A stretch of DNA of 64,000 nt. Source: the human T2T-CHM13v2.0 reference genome, Homo sapiens. Both the position numbers and the translations under genes were made by a program. The notes beneath the pieces were generated by a model that searched no databases, was not told the origin of the DNA, and saw only the letters and a list, made by a program, of their open reading frames with translations. This document shows positions 14,671 through 28,082 of this stretch, piece by piece. The stretch is taken from NCBI RefSeq assembly GCF_009914755.1, contig NC_060930.1. The stretch is one strand, 5' to 3'. How positions within the stretch are numbered: the stretch's first letter is position 1; each line of letters starts with the position of its first letter.

Positions 14671-15959
14671 CAATGTCATTAGGGTTCTTTCTGGTCCAAG
14701 TTCTATTGCTGTGGTGGTGGTGGTGGTTATAAAAGCCAAAATATATGGAATCTAATTAACTAAAATTCTCAGTTAAGCCAAGTTAAGCCCTAAAATCTAG
14801 AAAACATCCTTACCATTTTTATCTGTAGTAAAACGTGATCAGAACTGACATTTAGATTTAAGTATAATCTAATAGGCTCTGAGTTTATAAGGTACAGAGT
14901 CATCCAGGTAGTAGCACTACAAGATCCTGAATCATCAAATATGACTTAACTGGATTTTGTGGTGTATTTTAAATTTTTTAAAAGAAAGGAAAATGTGTTT
15001 GAGAAATATCTTCTATAGCAGTAAAAGTAAATTAATTCATGGCATAACCCTTGATTAATTAGAAATTTCTGTGAGTCAGATAACCCATTTTCCTAGGCAT
15101 CCTTGTTAACATTATAATACTAAGACTTTAAAGAGTCTTTAATCAGAGGCTGTTAGCTCATTAACTTTGAGAATGAGAGTGCTATGAAGCTTGGGAAAAA
15201 GCTCACATCCATCCAAGACCCAGCATTTTTGTATAGGTGGAATCTGGTGAAATGAACCTCAAGGGCATTTTTAATGGTCTCCTTCATATTTAATCCAGAG
15301 GGGTGCCTGGTAGATAAGCAACATGCTCCTAGTTCCACAGCACTGATAGTAGGTATGTTACTATCCTATGTCTTTTAAAAGAAGTGACTCTTCTAACCCC
15401 AAACTTCCCAACCCCGGGAAGCTACCTTTTTAAGTTACTTTGCTTGGTCCCTTCAAGTAAGATGTATCCTCACTTTCTTTATACCATCTCCCACCCACCT
15501 TATCATCCAAAACAGACACCCCAGCTAGGGGTAACACCTCATCACCTCAGCCTCCTTTACTTTAATTACACTTTTCCAGTGGAAAGTGGGATTTGAATAT
15601 TTTAAGGGTAAGAGGAAATGGAAGGTGGAGTTTGATTCTGCATTATCTCAGAAACTATAGAACATACTCCAGCTGGGTCACTGGGCCTCTGAATTCTAAT
15701 TCCTCTTCTTTCTTGAAAACTGTCTATTCCCAGCAATTTCCTTCATCAGTGGGATACTGATATTAGGCAGTATGTCTTATGACCAAGTGAAGGTCTGTGA
15801 ATTTGAACCTTAAACAGGCAACAGAATAGGTATGCAGTTCAAGCCACTGGTCAACTTTCCAAGTCACCTTTCTCCCTCTGTGCATTGAAGAAATAAGGTG
15901 TTCACTTTTATCAGAAGGTAAGAAGTTAGGAGTGCGAAAAGTTATTTTTTCTTACTGAA

Positions 15960-16135
15960 AAAAACTCAGTTCAAACCCTGATTCTGCCAATTAATTATTG
16001 GCAAGTGTCCTTGGGGGAAGGAATTTAACTTCTCTGCTTCATCATCTGCTAAAAGGGCTAATAATTACATATCTTATAGTTTTGTAAGGATTAAACAAGA
16101 TGGTACATGTGTCTAGCTTATCAGAGGTCAATAAA
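15960..16135 (+). mobile_element. MIR fragment
   Basis: gttcaaaccctgattctgcc...cttggg...ttaacttctctg...aggattaaacaagat. Confidence 0.6.
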
Positions 16136-16840
16136 AGTTAACTTTGCTTTTGAACAGCTTCTAGCAGAGTGCTAATCACAAAGAAGAAGGCTCAGTTGTT
16201 TTCTGCTGTTATGTTCCACATATGGATTACTTTCTGCTTGTTAAGACTTGAGTATTTACAAAGCATCAGCAACCTTTTTCTACAGAGTGCTTTATTTAGA
16301 TTCTCTGAGCTACCAGTGAGAAAAGTCCATTTTGCTAACATGCTTTTGAGATATGGCCACTAAACCTAAAAAACTTAAGAATAATGTTCCAGGGAACCAG
16401 ATATGAAACTTTTCCTATAAAGTGGATCAAGAATATTTCCAAAGATCCCAGTCCACTAGAGCAAGTTTTCAAAAACGTTGATTCTGACTAGTCATTCCCC
16501 CACATAGGACAGTATAATAGTGCAGACTGTCCCATTATCCACCAGATATATGACCAACCCCCTGTTCATATTGACTTAAAGGAAGAATACCAAAATGGGG
16601 CTTGAAAGCTTCCCTTCCATTCAAACCCCTGCTCTTACAGTCTGCTTCACAAGTTAAGGGATTTCTCTTAAGAAGCTGATTTGTACTTTAAAAAACTTAA
16701 CTTACACTTGGAGGGCTTGCTGCAATATTATATGATGATGTAATTATTTATGTAGTCCCAGCTGAGCCTATAAAATCCAAAAGTTTTAAAATCTCTATCT
16801 ACAGTGATAGATCTAGACAGCACTCCTCCACATCAGTTAT

Positions 16841-16874
16841 ACACACACACACACACACACACACATACACACAC
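16841..16874. repeat. (CA)n microsatellite
   Basis: About 17 AC units with one interruption. Confidence 0.95.
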
Positions 16875-18079
16875 TTTTCCCTCAAATATTTCTTTAAGTC
16901 TCAGACCACTTTTTGATGTAACTGTGTTCTCTCTATTTTGACATTCTTGGAGCAGCCCTAGTGAAGCTTAAGATTAAAATCACAAGTCTTGCAGTTCAGG
17001 CAGAAAGTAAAGCACAGACTCTGAAGGTGATCTCATGTGCTCAGAATTATGCCTTTAAAAGTCAAGTTGACTTGAAATATGGACGAAACCAAATATAGCA
17101 TTTAGACAAGGGGGATTTCTTTACCCAGCCGGAATTAATACAATAAAAAATATTTTTGTCTTTATTATTAACAGTGCTAATTAAGCCAAAACATTTTAAA
17201 ATGGTGTTTTCTCTTTTTAATTTGGGACTATAACTATTTGTAAAACAAATATGCAATCAATGATGGTAACAAATTATGATCACAGTTTGTTGACTTAGAA
17301 TAAAGGAAGCCCAGAACAATACATTGCCCACTTTAGGTACTTAATTTGTGGAATTTTTATACAAGATGAGTTAAGCAATTCCTGGAAAGTGAAAAATAAT
17401 TTATATAGTTTTTACACTTACAGGGTCTAGGTCAGTGGCAAAACGAGGGAGTTAATTTGGAGGAGGGCTTTATTAAGCGCCCCCATAAACCTCATTAACC
17501 TTCTGTGATAACTACCCCAAATAGAAAGCAAGCTAAGTAAAACACTGTGTATGCTATTCAGATTCAACTTCAAAACAAGTCCCAGGCTGCTCCTTCCGAG
17601 AGACCACTGTGTCAAAGCATCTACCTTGACATTCTAGAGACACCGCTGGTCCTAATATCTCTGTGCTTATATCTTCATGATAACAGTCATTCTGCCTTTC
17701 AAAATTTTGTGTCATAGTTTGGATATAAGAGGGTGGGGTGGGGAACCTACACACAAAAATGAAACATAAACTATTTGCACAAAGTATTCACTTGTCCAAA
17801 AGTGCTAGAGTAGTGGCCTGCACTGTGTGATCTTGGTTGAGTTACATAATTGTTCTAGGCCTCAATGTCTCCACCTGTAGAATGAGGGATTTGAAAGGGC
17901 TGATCTCAAAATCTTTTACAATATTCAGAGCCTCAGATTCAAACAACATCAAACATCTGAATCTGGATGGCTTATCAACAGCTACTACTGATCCTGTGAG
18001 CCTGGGTTCCTTTTTGTTATCTTTAACCATTTTTCTGGAAGAGGTGAGAAACCCTTACAGAGCAGGACAAATGTGGAGA

Positions 18080-18860
18080 ACGGAGCTGAAATGCTTCTGG
18101 TGCCCGGAGAGTCCCTGCTCTGCCCCGCCCCCAACCTCACCCCTCCACCACCAAATCAATAAGCCGCCTGGAATGGAGACAGCCTGCAGAGTCTCACCAC
18201 CGGCGGGAGAAGCTGAGTGAGTGATTATAAGGAGAAAACCACTCAGGCTTATCTCAAACTTCACTTTCTTCCCTTACTCATGTTCACAGTAGAAACAAAG
18301 GGAAGCATTTCCGAAGCAAAGTTCTTGGCTGTGCTTTTTGCTCACAGGGACTTTTCGGGAAAAGGGGAAGGGAGTGCAAAACAAAAAGCATGTAAAGGAC
18401 TTGGAACAGTCTATAGGACACGAGGACTCCCACTTGTTCTCAAAAATGCCGTTTCCTTATTAGCAGCAGTCCAGCTTCCCCTGCAGGTGCTGTGGCCGCG
18501 TTGCGCCTCGGCGGGAGCCTCCTGGAGAGGCTCTCTGGCAGAGCCCCAGGGATGCAGCGACCCAGCCAAGGTCCGTGGTCCGTGGTCTCCGCTGGGGAGG
18601 GGCTCCCCGGCAACTTGGCTCGCGGGAAAGAAAGCCTCGGGGTCAGCCTCCTGCCAGCTCTCATAAGTAGATCTAATTATGACCGCTTACTTCAAAAAGA
18701 GGATTTAACCCAAAGCAGATTTAGCAGGGCAGTTTCCAAAGGGTAGCAGGAATCCCAGGCTTGACCTTTGAAAAATCCCAAAAACTTCGCTGCCCCGGGA
18801 ACTCGGCAAGCAAGTCACGGTGGACGCCTCAGATCGCAGAGAAATTCAGAGACGCCAACT
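18080..18860. promoter_or_regulatory. CpG-rich, GC-rich intragenic island; candidate alternative promoter
   Basis: More than 20 CpGs by eye in 18420-18860 of non-repeat DNA, against a CpG-depleted background. GC box ccccgccccc at 18123-18132. Minus-strand donor GAA|gtaagc at 18691/18690. Confidence 0.65.
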
Positions 18861-19746
18861 TAAGGTATCAATCAGGTCCTACTAGGGATGTTTAATTTAG
18901 AATAAAGTGTCTGTCAGAGAGTGCCCACGGCATGTGCACTGGTGGTCAGTCACAGTGTTGAGCTGAGATAAAACGTTGACAGAAAAACAAAAAAGATTTA
19001 AGCACTAAAGTATAACTGATTCCATAAAAAATTATTTTAAAACATAAAGTGGTGTGAAAATTAAGTGAGAGTCAAAGGTCTCTTAGTGAATTCTTATCTA
19101 AAACGTGAAAGTTTGGTGACATATCCCAGTGGTGCTGATGAAAGTATCAAAAGCATGTTAGGGTAATTTTTTTTAAAGTTTTTTTTTTTTTTTTTTTTAC
19201 TTTTAAAACTTTCTACGTAGCACTTTGCTCAGGAGAGGCTGTTGTAATTGTTTTAATAAAATTAAACAACTTCTATGAGAGAGGGGATTAAAATTGTTAG
19301 TCTGGAGTTGACCAACATGAAGGTAGTAAATAAACACATCCTGCATAGGCTTAGTGGATCCTGAACATAAAAGTACTCTGTGAACTATCATGCTCTCTAT
19401 TTGATTACTTCAATTACTCTCACAGAACACAAAAATTAGGAAAACAAAAAACAAAGAAAAATAAACAGCCTGAATAAGTATGGTCACTCCGCCTACACAC
19501 TTTTATTAAACCAATGACTCTGTAAGTGAACTTATACTACCTCAGGCATTTAGCTTAGGTGGGAAGCTAAAGAAAAGACAGATATCTGGTTCTAAATCAA
19601 ATAATTTACAAGGTAATGAGAAATAATTCACACAGGTGCTCTTAGAATTATTTGATTTTCGATATTCTAAAAAGTTAATATCAAGTTGCAACTTTTTTAC
19701 CTGACCACATTCCAACACAGGACACCTAACCAGATGATTGTTGTAG

Positions 19747-20137
<391 letters not shown>

Positions 20138-20183
20138 ACCACAGAATACTTTTATATTCATTACCATTAATATTCATTATACA

Positions 20184-20304
20184 CTTAATATTTTATTTCA
20201 TTTGCATAGGACTCTAAATAATTTGTTGACATGGGTCTAGTGACTTACTACCTTAAAGGGAGAACAGTGAGTCTGGTATTCACGGCCATTTCCCCCATTG
20301 TATC
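20184..20304 (+). repeat. 121-bp direct repeat, copy A (partner at 22521-22641)
   Basis: Manual alignment gives 115/121 identity with no gaps. Confidence 0.95.
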
Positions 20305-21501
20305 CCATAAGATTATAATACTATATTTTTACTTTACCTTTGATATGTTTAGATACACAAATACTTATGATTGTGTTATAGTTGCCTGCAGAATTCAGTA
20401 GAGTAACATGCTGTACAGTTTTGTAGCCTAAGAGTAACAGGCTGTGCCATATAGCCTAGGTGTGCAGTTGGCTATACATCTAAGTTTGTGTAAGCGTACT
20501 CTGTGATGTTTACACAATGATGAAATCACCTAATGATGGATTTCTCATAATGCATCCCCTTCATTAAGTGACACATGACTGTGTATGTAATTTATACTCT
20601 CCTTAGAACCTTGTTTGCAGTATCTGTAGCTTGAGGTTGGAAAGTTCTCAGAGATTGAGGAGGTGGGATTTATTTTCACTGGTTACTCCAGGATGTCGAA
20701 TCAGTTAGTCTATGTGTTCAAACATGAAGCTAGTTAACCTTAGCTTAACAGGAACTTAAGACAAACATAAAAAACCATAAGTCTGGGATATAGTACACAA
20801 CAATTTAGCCATTGTTCACTTTTCCATTTCTCCTTCCGCAAGGGATGTACCAAATCCAATAATAAATAAACATTACCAATAATTTTTTTAAAAAATGTTT
20901 AAGCCAAGCCTGTTCTATTTTATGCTTTTATTTACTGTCTAATTGTGATAGCTTCTTCTCACATATACACTAATCTGGGAAAACTAGATCTCTTTTTTGT
21001 AACTAAATAGATAATAAAGCCGGTCTAGGTAAATCTGTTCCCTAGTGGTTCTCAATTTGCAAGCTCTAAACACAAAAGCAGACATGCTTGGTAACTCAAA
21101 GCATGGGGATTCAATATCACTGGTTTCAAAGTCTGTGGAATTCACAGACATAAGCATTCAGCCTAGGGAAGAGAAGGCAGATAATAATTTAAAAGATACT
21201 GGGAAAAAAAACAGATGGTAAAGAAGAATGTATTATAAAATTTTTAAAGTTGGGGTCCCTGCTTCAATTGTGGCAATCCCTGGTCTTAGAAGACTAAATG
21301 AAAACCTACAAGAATAAACATCAAGGCTCAATGTGTCAGTCTTCAGTTGGTTTGGTTTGTTTTTTTACCCCAAGTTTTAAAAGTTATGCAGCCCTTAGAA
21401 AGTTCAGCAGGTAGTTCTAGTCATTAAGTGATTTATACACAGCCAAATACTAATATTTTCTACACTGGTATTAAAAATGAATAGGATTCATTTACACTTG
21501 T

Positions 21502-21797
21502 TAAGTTTAATAATTTGCCTTCCTGAAAAGCAGATTTCCACCCCAAAGAGAAAAACTAGATTACTTCAAATAGAAAGCAATTTGTAGAAAGACTTTTCAA
21601 ATGTAGGTGCTTCATTGATCAAGTTTATATTTAAATGTAGTTTACATTTAAATGTAAGTGCTTCATTGATCATAAACTTATCAATGAAGCACCTACATTT
21701 GAAAAGTCTTTCTACAAATTGCTTTCTATTTGAAGCAATCTAGTTTTTCTCTTTGGAGAGGAAATCTGCTTTTCAGGAAGGCAAATTATTAAACTTA
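21502..21797. repeat. Long inverted repeat: 118-bp arms (21502-21619 and 21680-21797) with a 60-bp spacer
   Basis: Manual reverse-complement alignment gives 115/118 identity with no gaps. Confidence 0.97.
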
Positions 21798-22037
21798 CAC
21801 GGGGTGGGGAATATCACACTCTGGGGCCTGTCGTGGGGTCAGGGGAGGGGGGAGGGATAGTATTAGGAGATATACCTAATGTAAATGACGAGTTAACGGG
21901 TGCAGCACACCAACATGGCACATGTATACATATGTAACAAACCTGCACGTTGTGCACATGTACCCTAGAACTTAAAGTATAATAAAAAATAAATAAAAAA
22001 TAAAAAGAAATACATGATAAAAAAATAAAAAAATAAA
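21797..22037 (+). mobile_element. Severely 5'-truncated L1PA 3' end (L1PA4-6-like) with A-rich tail
   Basis: ggggaatatcacactctgggg...gtaaatgacgagttaa...aacaaacctgcacgttgtgcacatgtaccctagaacttaaagtataataaaaa. Confidence 0.93.
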
Positions 22038-22316
22038 GTCCTTGAGTTTCTTTCCAGCTTTACAGTTTCATGGCCTTTAACATCCTTGTTGGGAATGTGA
22101 CGCCCTACCTATATGCAACCCCCAAAACATTCATGTAATAATCTCAGGTAAAATTCTGTATCATTCTCTATGGTTACCACCCATTCAAAAATTGACATTA
22201 GACCCTGGGCACCTGTCCACGATGCCCCTGGCTGAAAGACTGATCCCTGAAGGGACGGGCAGACATGAAAGGGCTATGGGCATCCAGATGTGACTGGTGG
22301 TGTGTGTGCACATTAC

Positions 22317-22495
22317 CTCTCCCGCTCCTGCTCCAGCAGGTTGGTGAAGTCGTCGCTCTTGTTCATGTAGTCAGTGTGTTTATGCTTCTCGTTCTCTAAC
22401 TCGTATACGGTGCGCCTATGACACTTCTCGGCCAGCAACAGCTGCTCTAGCATGCGCCGGTAGGTTTCTTTCTGTTTTTCCTCAAGTCTGTCCAG
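22317..22495 (-). CDS. FILIP1: FILIP1 internal coding exon (probable exon 4), 179 nt, phase 0/2
   Basis: Translates to [59 protein letters not shown](R). Acceptor ...tgcttattcag|CTG and donor GAG AG|gtaatg. CpGs are retained, as expected for coding sequence. The intron to the upstream exon is 9026 nt. Confidence 0.97.
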
Positions 22496-22520
22496 CTGAA
22501 TAAGCAAACATGGGAAAGGG

Positions 22521-22641
22521 CTTAATATTTTATTGCATTTGCATAGGACTCTAAATAATTTGTTGACATGGGTCTAGTGACTTATTACCTGAAAGCGAGA
22601 ACAGTGAGTCTGGTATTCACCACCATTTCCCCCATTGTATC
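22521..22641 (+). repeat. 121-bp direct repeat, copy B, 26-146 nt upstream of the exon 4 acceptor in transcript orientation
   Basis: cttaatattttattgcatttgcataggactctaaataatttgttgacatgggtctagtgac...catttcccccattgtatc. Confidence 0.95.
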
Positions 22642-22749
22642 AGTTTCTTTATGCTGATTGGCTGTGTAAACCAACCATAATAATGCTGCAGTAACTTCTG
22701 GCTTTCTGGCTTTTTTGTAAACATATATATGGTTCCTAAACTTCTTTCC

Positions 22750-23480
22750 TTTTTTGGGGGGGTGGGATATACCATAATTTTATCCATTCTACTGTTGATG
22801 ACCATTTTGGTAGTTTCCAGCTTGGGTCTATTACAAATAATGCTGTTCTGAATATTCTAATACATGTCCTTTAGTGAACATATGGCATATGTGTCAGGTG
22901 TATACCTATGAGTGAAATATGGGTCATAGGATATGTGTATATGTAGCTTTATTAGATATGCTAAGCAATTTTCCAAAGAAGCTGTACCCATTTACGCTCC
23001 TACAACCAGTGTTTAGGAGTTTTGATTGTTCTACATCCTTGTCAACATTTAGTATTTTTAAAACTTTTAGCTGGGCGTGGTGGCTCACGCCTGTAATCCC
23101 AGCACGTGGGGAGGCTGAGGCAGGCAGATCACGAGGTCAGGAGTTCAAGACCAGCCTGACCAACATGGTGAAAACCTGTCTCTACTAAAAATACAAAAAT
23201 TAGCCGGATGTGGTGGCACATGCCTGTAATCCCAGCTACTCGGGAGGCTGAGGCAGGAGAGTGGCTTGATCCCTAGAGGCAGAAGTTGCAGTGAGCCAAG
23301 ATCTCACCACTGCACTCCAGCCTGGGCAACAGAGGGAGACTCCATCTCAAAAAAAAAAAAAAAAAAAACCTTTTAACCATTTTGGTGGGTGTGTAGTGTT
23401 CGCTCAACGTGATTTTAATGCTCACTTACCTGATAAAGTTCAAACACTTTTTCATTTGTTTATTGGTCATTTGGGTTCCT
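22750..23480 (-). mobile_element. Old L1M fragment interrupted by an Alu
   Basis: tatccattct...gtttccag...ctattacaaataatgctgt...ttccaaag...tgtaccc...ttcatttgtttattggtcatt, an L1 ORF2-end/3'UTR-like antisense sequence. Confidence 0.7.
23069..23368 (+). mobile_element. Alu (AluS-like)
   Basis: Full dimer, poly(A) tail, TSD similar to aaaac(c/t)ttta. Confidence 0.95.
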
Positions 23481-23790
23481 AAACTTTCAGGAAAACAACT
23501 CTTTCACGGTTTTAATGAGATAGCACAAAGCTCTATACTCAGAAAGAGGATAACACCCTTCCTAATAGAAAAATTAAGATCTCAGCATGTACATGCACCA
23601 GACTTCTCCCCTGGAAAGTAATTTTCATCACAATCTGTTTTTAAAGCTTGCAGCTATATGCATTTCTAGGAAAAGTATATGTAGGATCCAAAGTCCTCTT
23701 TTTTTCAAGAGATGCTAAATATAGGGAGGATTTCAGAACTTGTAGACAGTACATATCTCTAAAAGAGTTCTTACCAAATATTATTGCAGA

Positions 23791-24113
23791 GGCCGGGCGC
23801 AAAGGCTCATGCCCGTAATCTCAGCACTTTGAGAGGCGGAGGCGTGTGGATTGCTTGAGGTTAGGAGTTCGAGACCAGCCTGACCAACATGGTGAAACCC
23901 TGTCTCTACTAAAAATACAAAAATTAGCCAGGCGTGTTGGCAGACGCCTGTAATCCCAGCTACTTGGGAGGCCGAGGCAGAAAAATCACTTGAACCCGGG
24001 AGGCAGAGGTTGTAGTAAACTGAGATCACACCACTGCACTACAGCCTGGGCAACAAAGCAAGACTCCATCTCAAAAACCAAAACCAAAACAAAACAAAAC
24101 AAAAGAATAAAAA
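23791..24113 (+). mobile_element. Alu (AluS-like)
   Basis: Full dimer with (CAAAA)n tail; TSD similar to aaatattatt. Confidence 0.95.
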
Positions 24114-24169
24114 ATCCGGAAATATTATTACCAGGTCTTTGTGCCTCTTTCTCTGATCAGGTTATAAGA

Positions 24170-24493
<324 letters not shown>

Positions 24494-24659
24494 TGATTTT
24501 AAAGAGATCATGCCTTGATCACCTTTTTAGTCCCTGGTGCTGAGCACAGGCCCTGGTACAAAGTTGATGTTCAGTAAGTGTTTGTTAAATTGGACCAAAT
24601 CTTACAATCTTGATATTTCCCTATCCTACTCAGTATCCTATTTTCCCCCTTTGAGTTCT

Positions 24660-24872
24660 AATTCATTGTTCCACAACTTTGGCACTGCTGAGGCCAGATA
24701 CATCTTCATTTCGGGGTGCTGTGAGCTGGAGGATGTTTAGCAGCATCCCTGGCCTCTGTCCACTAGATGCCAGTAAGCCCCACCTCCTGTGTGACAATCA
24801 AACCATCCTGACATTGCCAAATGTTCCCTGGAGGGAAAAATCCACCGCCACCCCAATTGAGAACCACTGTTC
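24660..24872. mobile_element. MER20 (hAT-Charlie)
   Basis: ggatgtttagcagcatccctggcctct...cactagatgccagta...gacattgccaaatgt...ttgagaaccactg. Confidence 0.8.
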
Positions 24873-25194
24873 TAGTTGAAACAGACATATTTAAAATCAG
24901 TTCTCAATCTCACAACCAACTTTCTGAAACCCCACGGGGTAACTCCACAGGGTCTCAGCATCAGAGCTATTCCCCTTTAGTTTCTGTTTGCCCTTCAGTT
25001 ATAAGGAGGATTTGAAGTTCTCTCTATAATTGCCTGATATGTTCATTGTGAGTGAATCATTCCTGGGGCCCAAAATAAAAGAGAGCTGCTCACATTATCT
25101 TCTTCCCAGATCTCCACTTCCCTTGTTTAGGAATAGGTGACCAGATAGAGACTGGTGGAGAAGCCCACGTTAATGGGTGGCTGATAATATCTGA

Positions 25195-25595
<401 letters not shown>

Positions 25596-27472
25596 TAATA
25601 GCTCCATTCTCTATTACAAAATATTCTCCCCAAGAACTTTCCAAATTTCTACGTGTGATTTTCAACATATTTTAGAGAACGTGTCAAGCATTGCTGAAAC
25701 ATCATCATCATCATCAAAAATGTAGAAAAAGCAACTTTCCCCCCTTTTTCAGTCTTCCTGCTTTATCATAAAATAGGACCCTCCATCTTTTGGAAACTAT
25801 TTGAAGATCAGTATTTTCCCTGTTTCTTCAGGCCCTACCCAACTCCTCCCAAAGGAAGGAGAGGTGACTTATTTGAAAGTTGTGTTTGGAATAGGGAACT
25901 GGATGTGTGCAGCCCAGCCCTTTCATTTCTTATTTTTTACTCTGCCTGTCATACAATGATACATTGTGATCTCAAAGCTCAAACTCTTCTGCAGTATCTC
26001 TCAATCCATGTAAGGAATTCTGGAGAGGAAGGTGGCAGCATTACTAATCAGATGTTTGACTGGGAAATGTAAAGAGATAGTCATTACATGGACATCTGGA
26101 GAAAAAAACAGCACATGGAAGTATCAAGTGTTCTGGGGCCGCCCAGGCAGAGGGTAGGCCTTAGCCTTTTTACATCTATTCTTGTAGGCTTTTGAGACTG
26201 GTTGTTTGCAATAGCCACAGTTCTGGACTAAGCCACTGGAGTAGGTGGCTGAAGTCTTTGTGGGTAATGTTCACCTCACCAACACTAGCACAGCTTGACC
26301 ACAACAGTAATTACATTATCTGGAAAGCAGTGTTTTCATCTCTTAATGCATAAGTTACTGAGGCATTGGTGTATGTAATGTGTTTCTTAGGCAGAGCTGC
26401 AGATCCAGACTTTAGAATGTAGAGGCTGTAAATTCTTCTGCTATAACACACATTAGTGTGTGAGGTTTTAGGTGTCAATTTTAAGTTTTGGATGTAAGAA
26501 TAACATAGGTAGCAAAAGATCAGCTGTACCAGATGCTGTTTCTTGTTTTTTTGTTTGGAACTACATCAGTCACCTAAGAGAGAACAGAGGTAGCCTATTT
26601 TCTTGGCTCTATGTGGCTTGTCCAGAGGCTCTGAAGACTATATCCCATAACTATAGATTCTGTAGATTCATTAATCATAGATACTATATGTACATGGCTT
26701 TTGGTTTTCAGGATCCAAGCTGTGGCTTAGTACAGAGGAATGGGTTTTATTAAATGACTAGTGAAAGTAGAATAGGCACCTATTGCTTTGGAAATATAGA
26801 TTCTACTTGGACGAAGTGGAAGGAAAATTGAATGAGATAATCATAACACCAAATGCCAAAAATTTACTAAGGAAAGAGTGTACCTGGAAGTCTTATTCTA
26901 ATGAATAAAGTTAGTGGAGAAGTACAATAACTTGAGGAGAAATTTCAGTATGTTTTAGATAAAAAGGCATGATTCAGGAAGTGTTTTTAACTCTGTTACC
27001 TGCAAAGGGCTAACTGGAGAAGTATTAAGGAATTGGGGAAAAGAGAAGTCTACTTAAAAGCAAATATGAGGTCTTAAAGACCAAACTAGATTTACACAAA
27101 GGAGAAATGGATCTAAGTACTCTTAAAAATAGGGATATTAAAATGGAAGGTATTTCAGACATTGTTGAATCAGAATGCGTGCCCAGAGAAGATAGAGACA
27201 GGAGAGCCCAGAGGACAGAGCAGGGTGACTTTCCTCACAAAGAAGGCATTAGGCTCCAGGAAGGCATTGAGGAGGACACTGTAAATGGGCTGACAGTCTT
27301 TCATGAGCTCATCTGGGGGCCCTTCCCGTGAAGACTGCAACATCTATTCAAAGTGGTTATATAAAATATGAACAGATTTAAGAATCGAAATCTGGGAAGA
27401 TCAGGGTAAGACATCTGAAGCATTATTTGGTGAATTTCAGTGTCTCAGCTGTTGTAGACGGAATTGCCAATA

Positions 27473-28082
<610 letters not shown>

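Noticed and set aside
17837-18746. Overlapping ORFs of 62-149 aa in the GC-rich island
   Set aside because: Stop-codon depletion from high GC content; no recognisable domain, and most have non-ATG starts.
22006-22037. gaaatacatg between two A-rich tracts of the L1 tail, a possible 3' transduction
   Set aside because: Only about 10 informative bases; cannot be distinguished from tail decay or flanking sequence.
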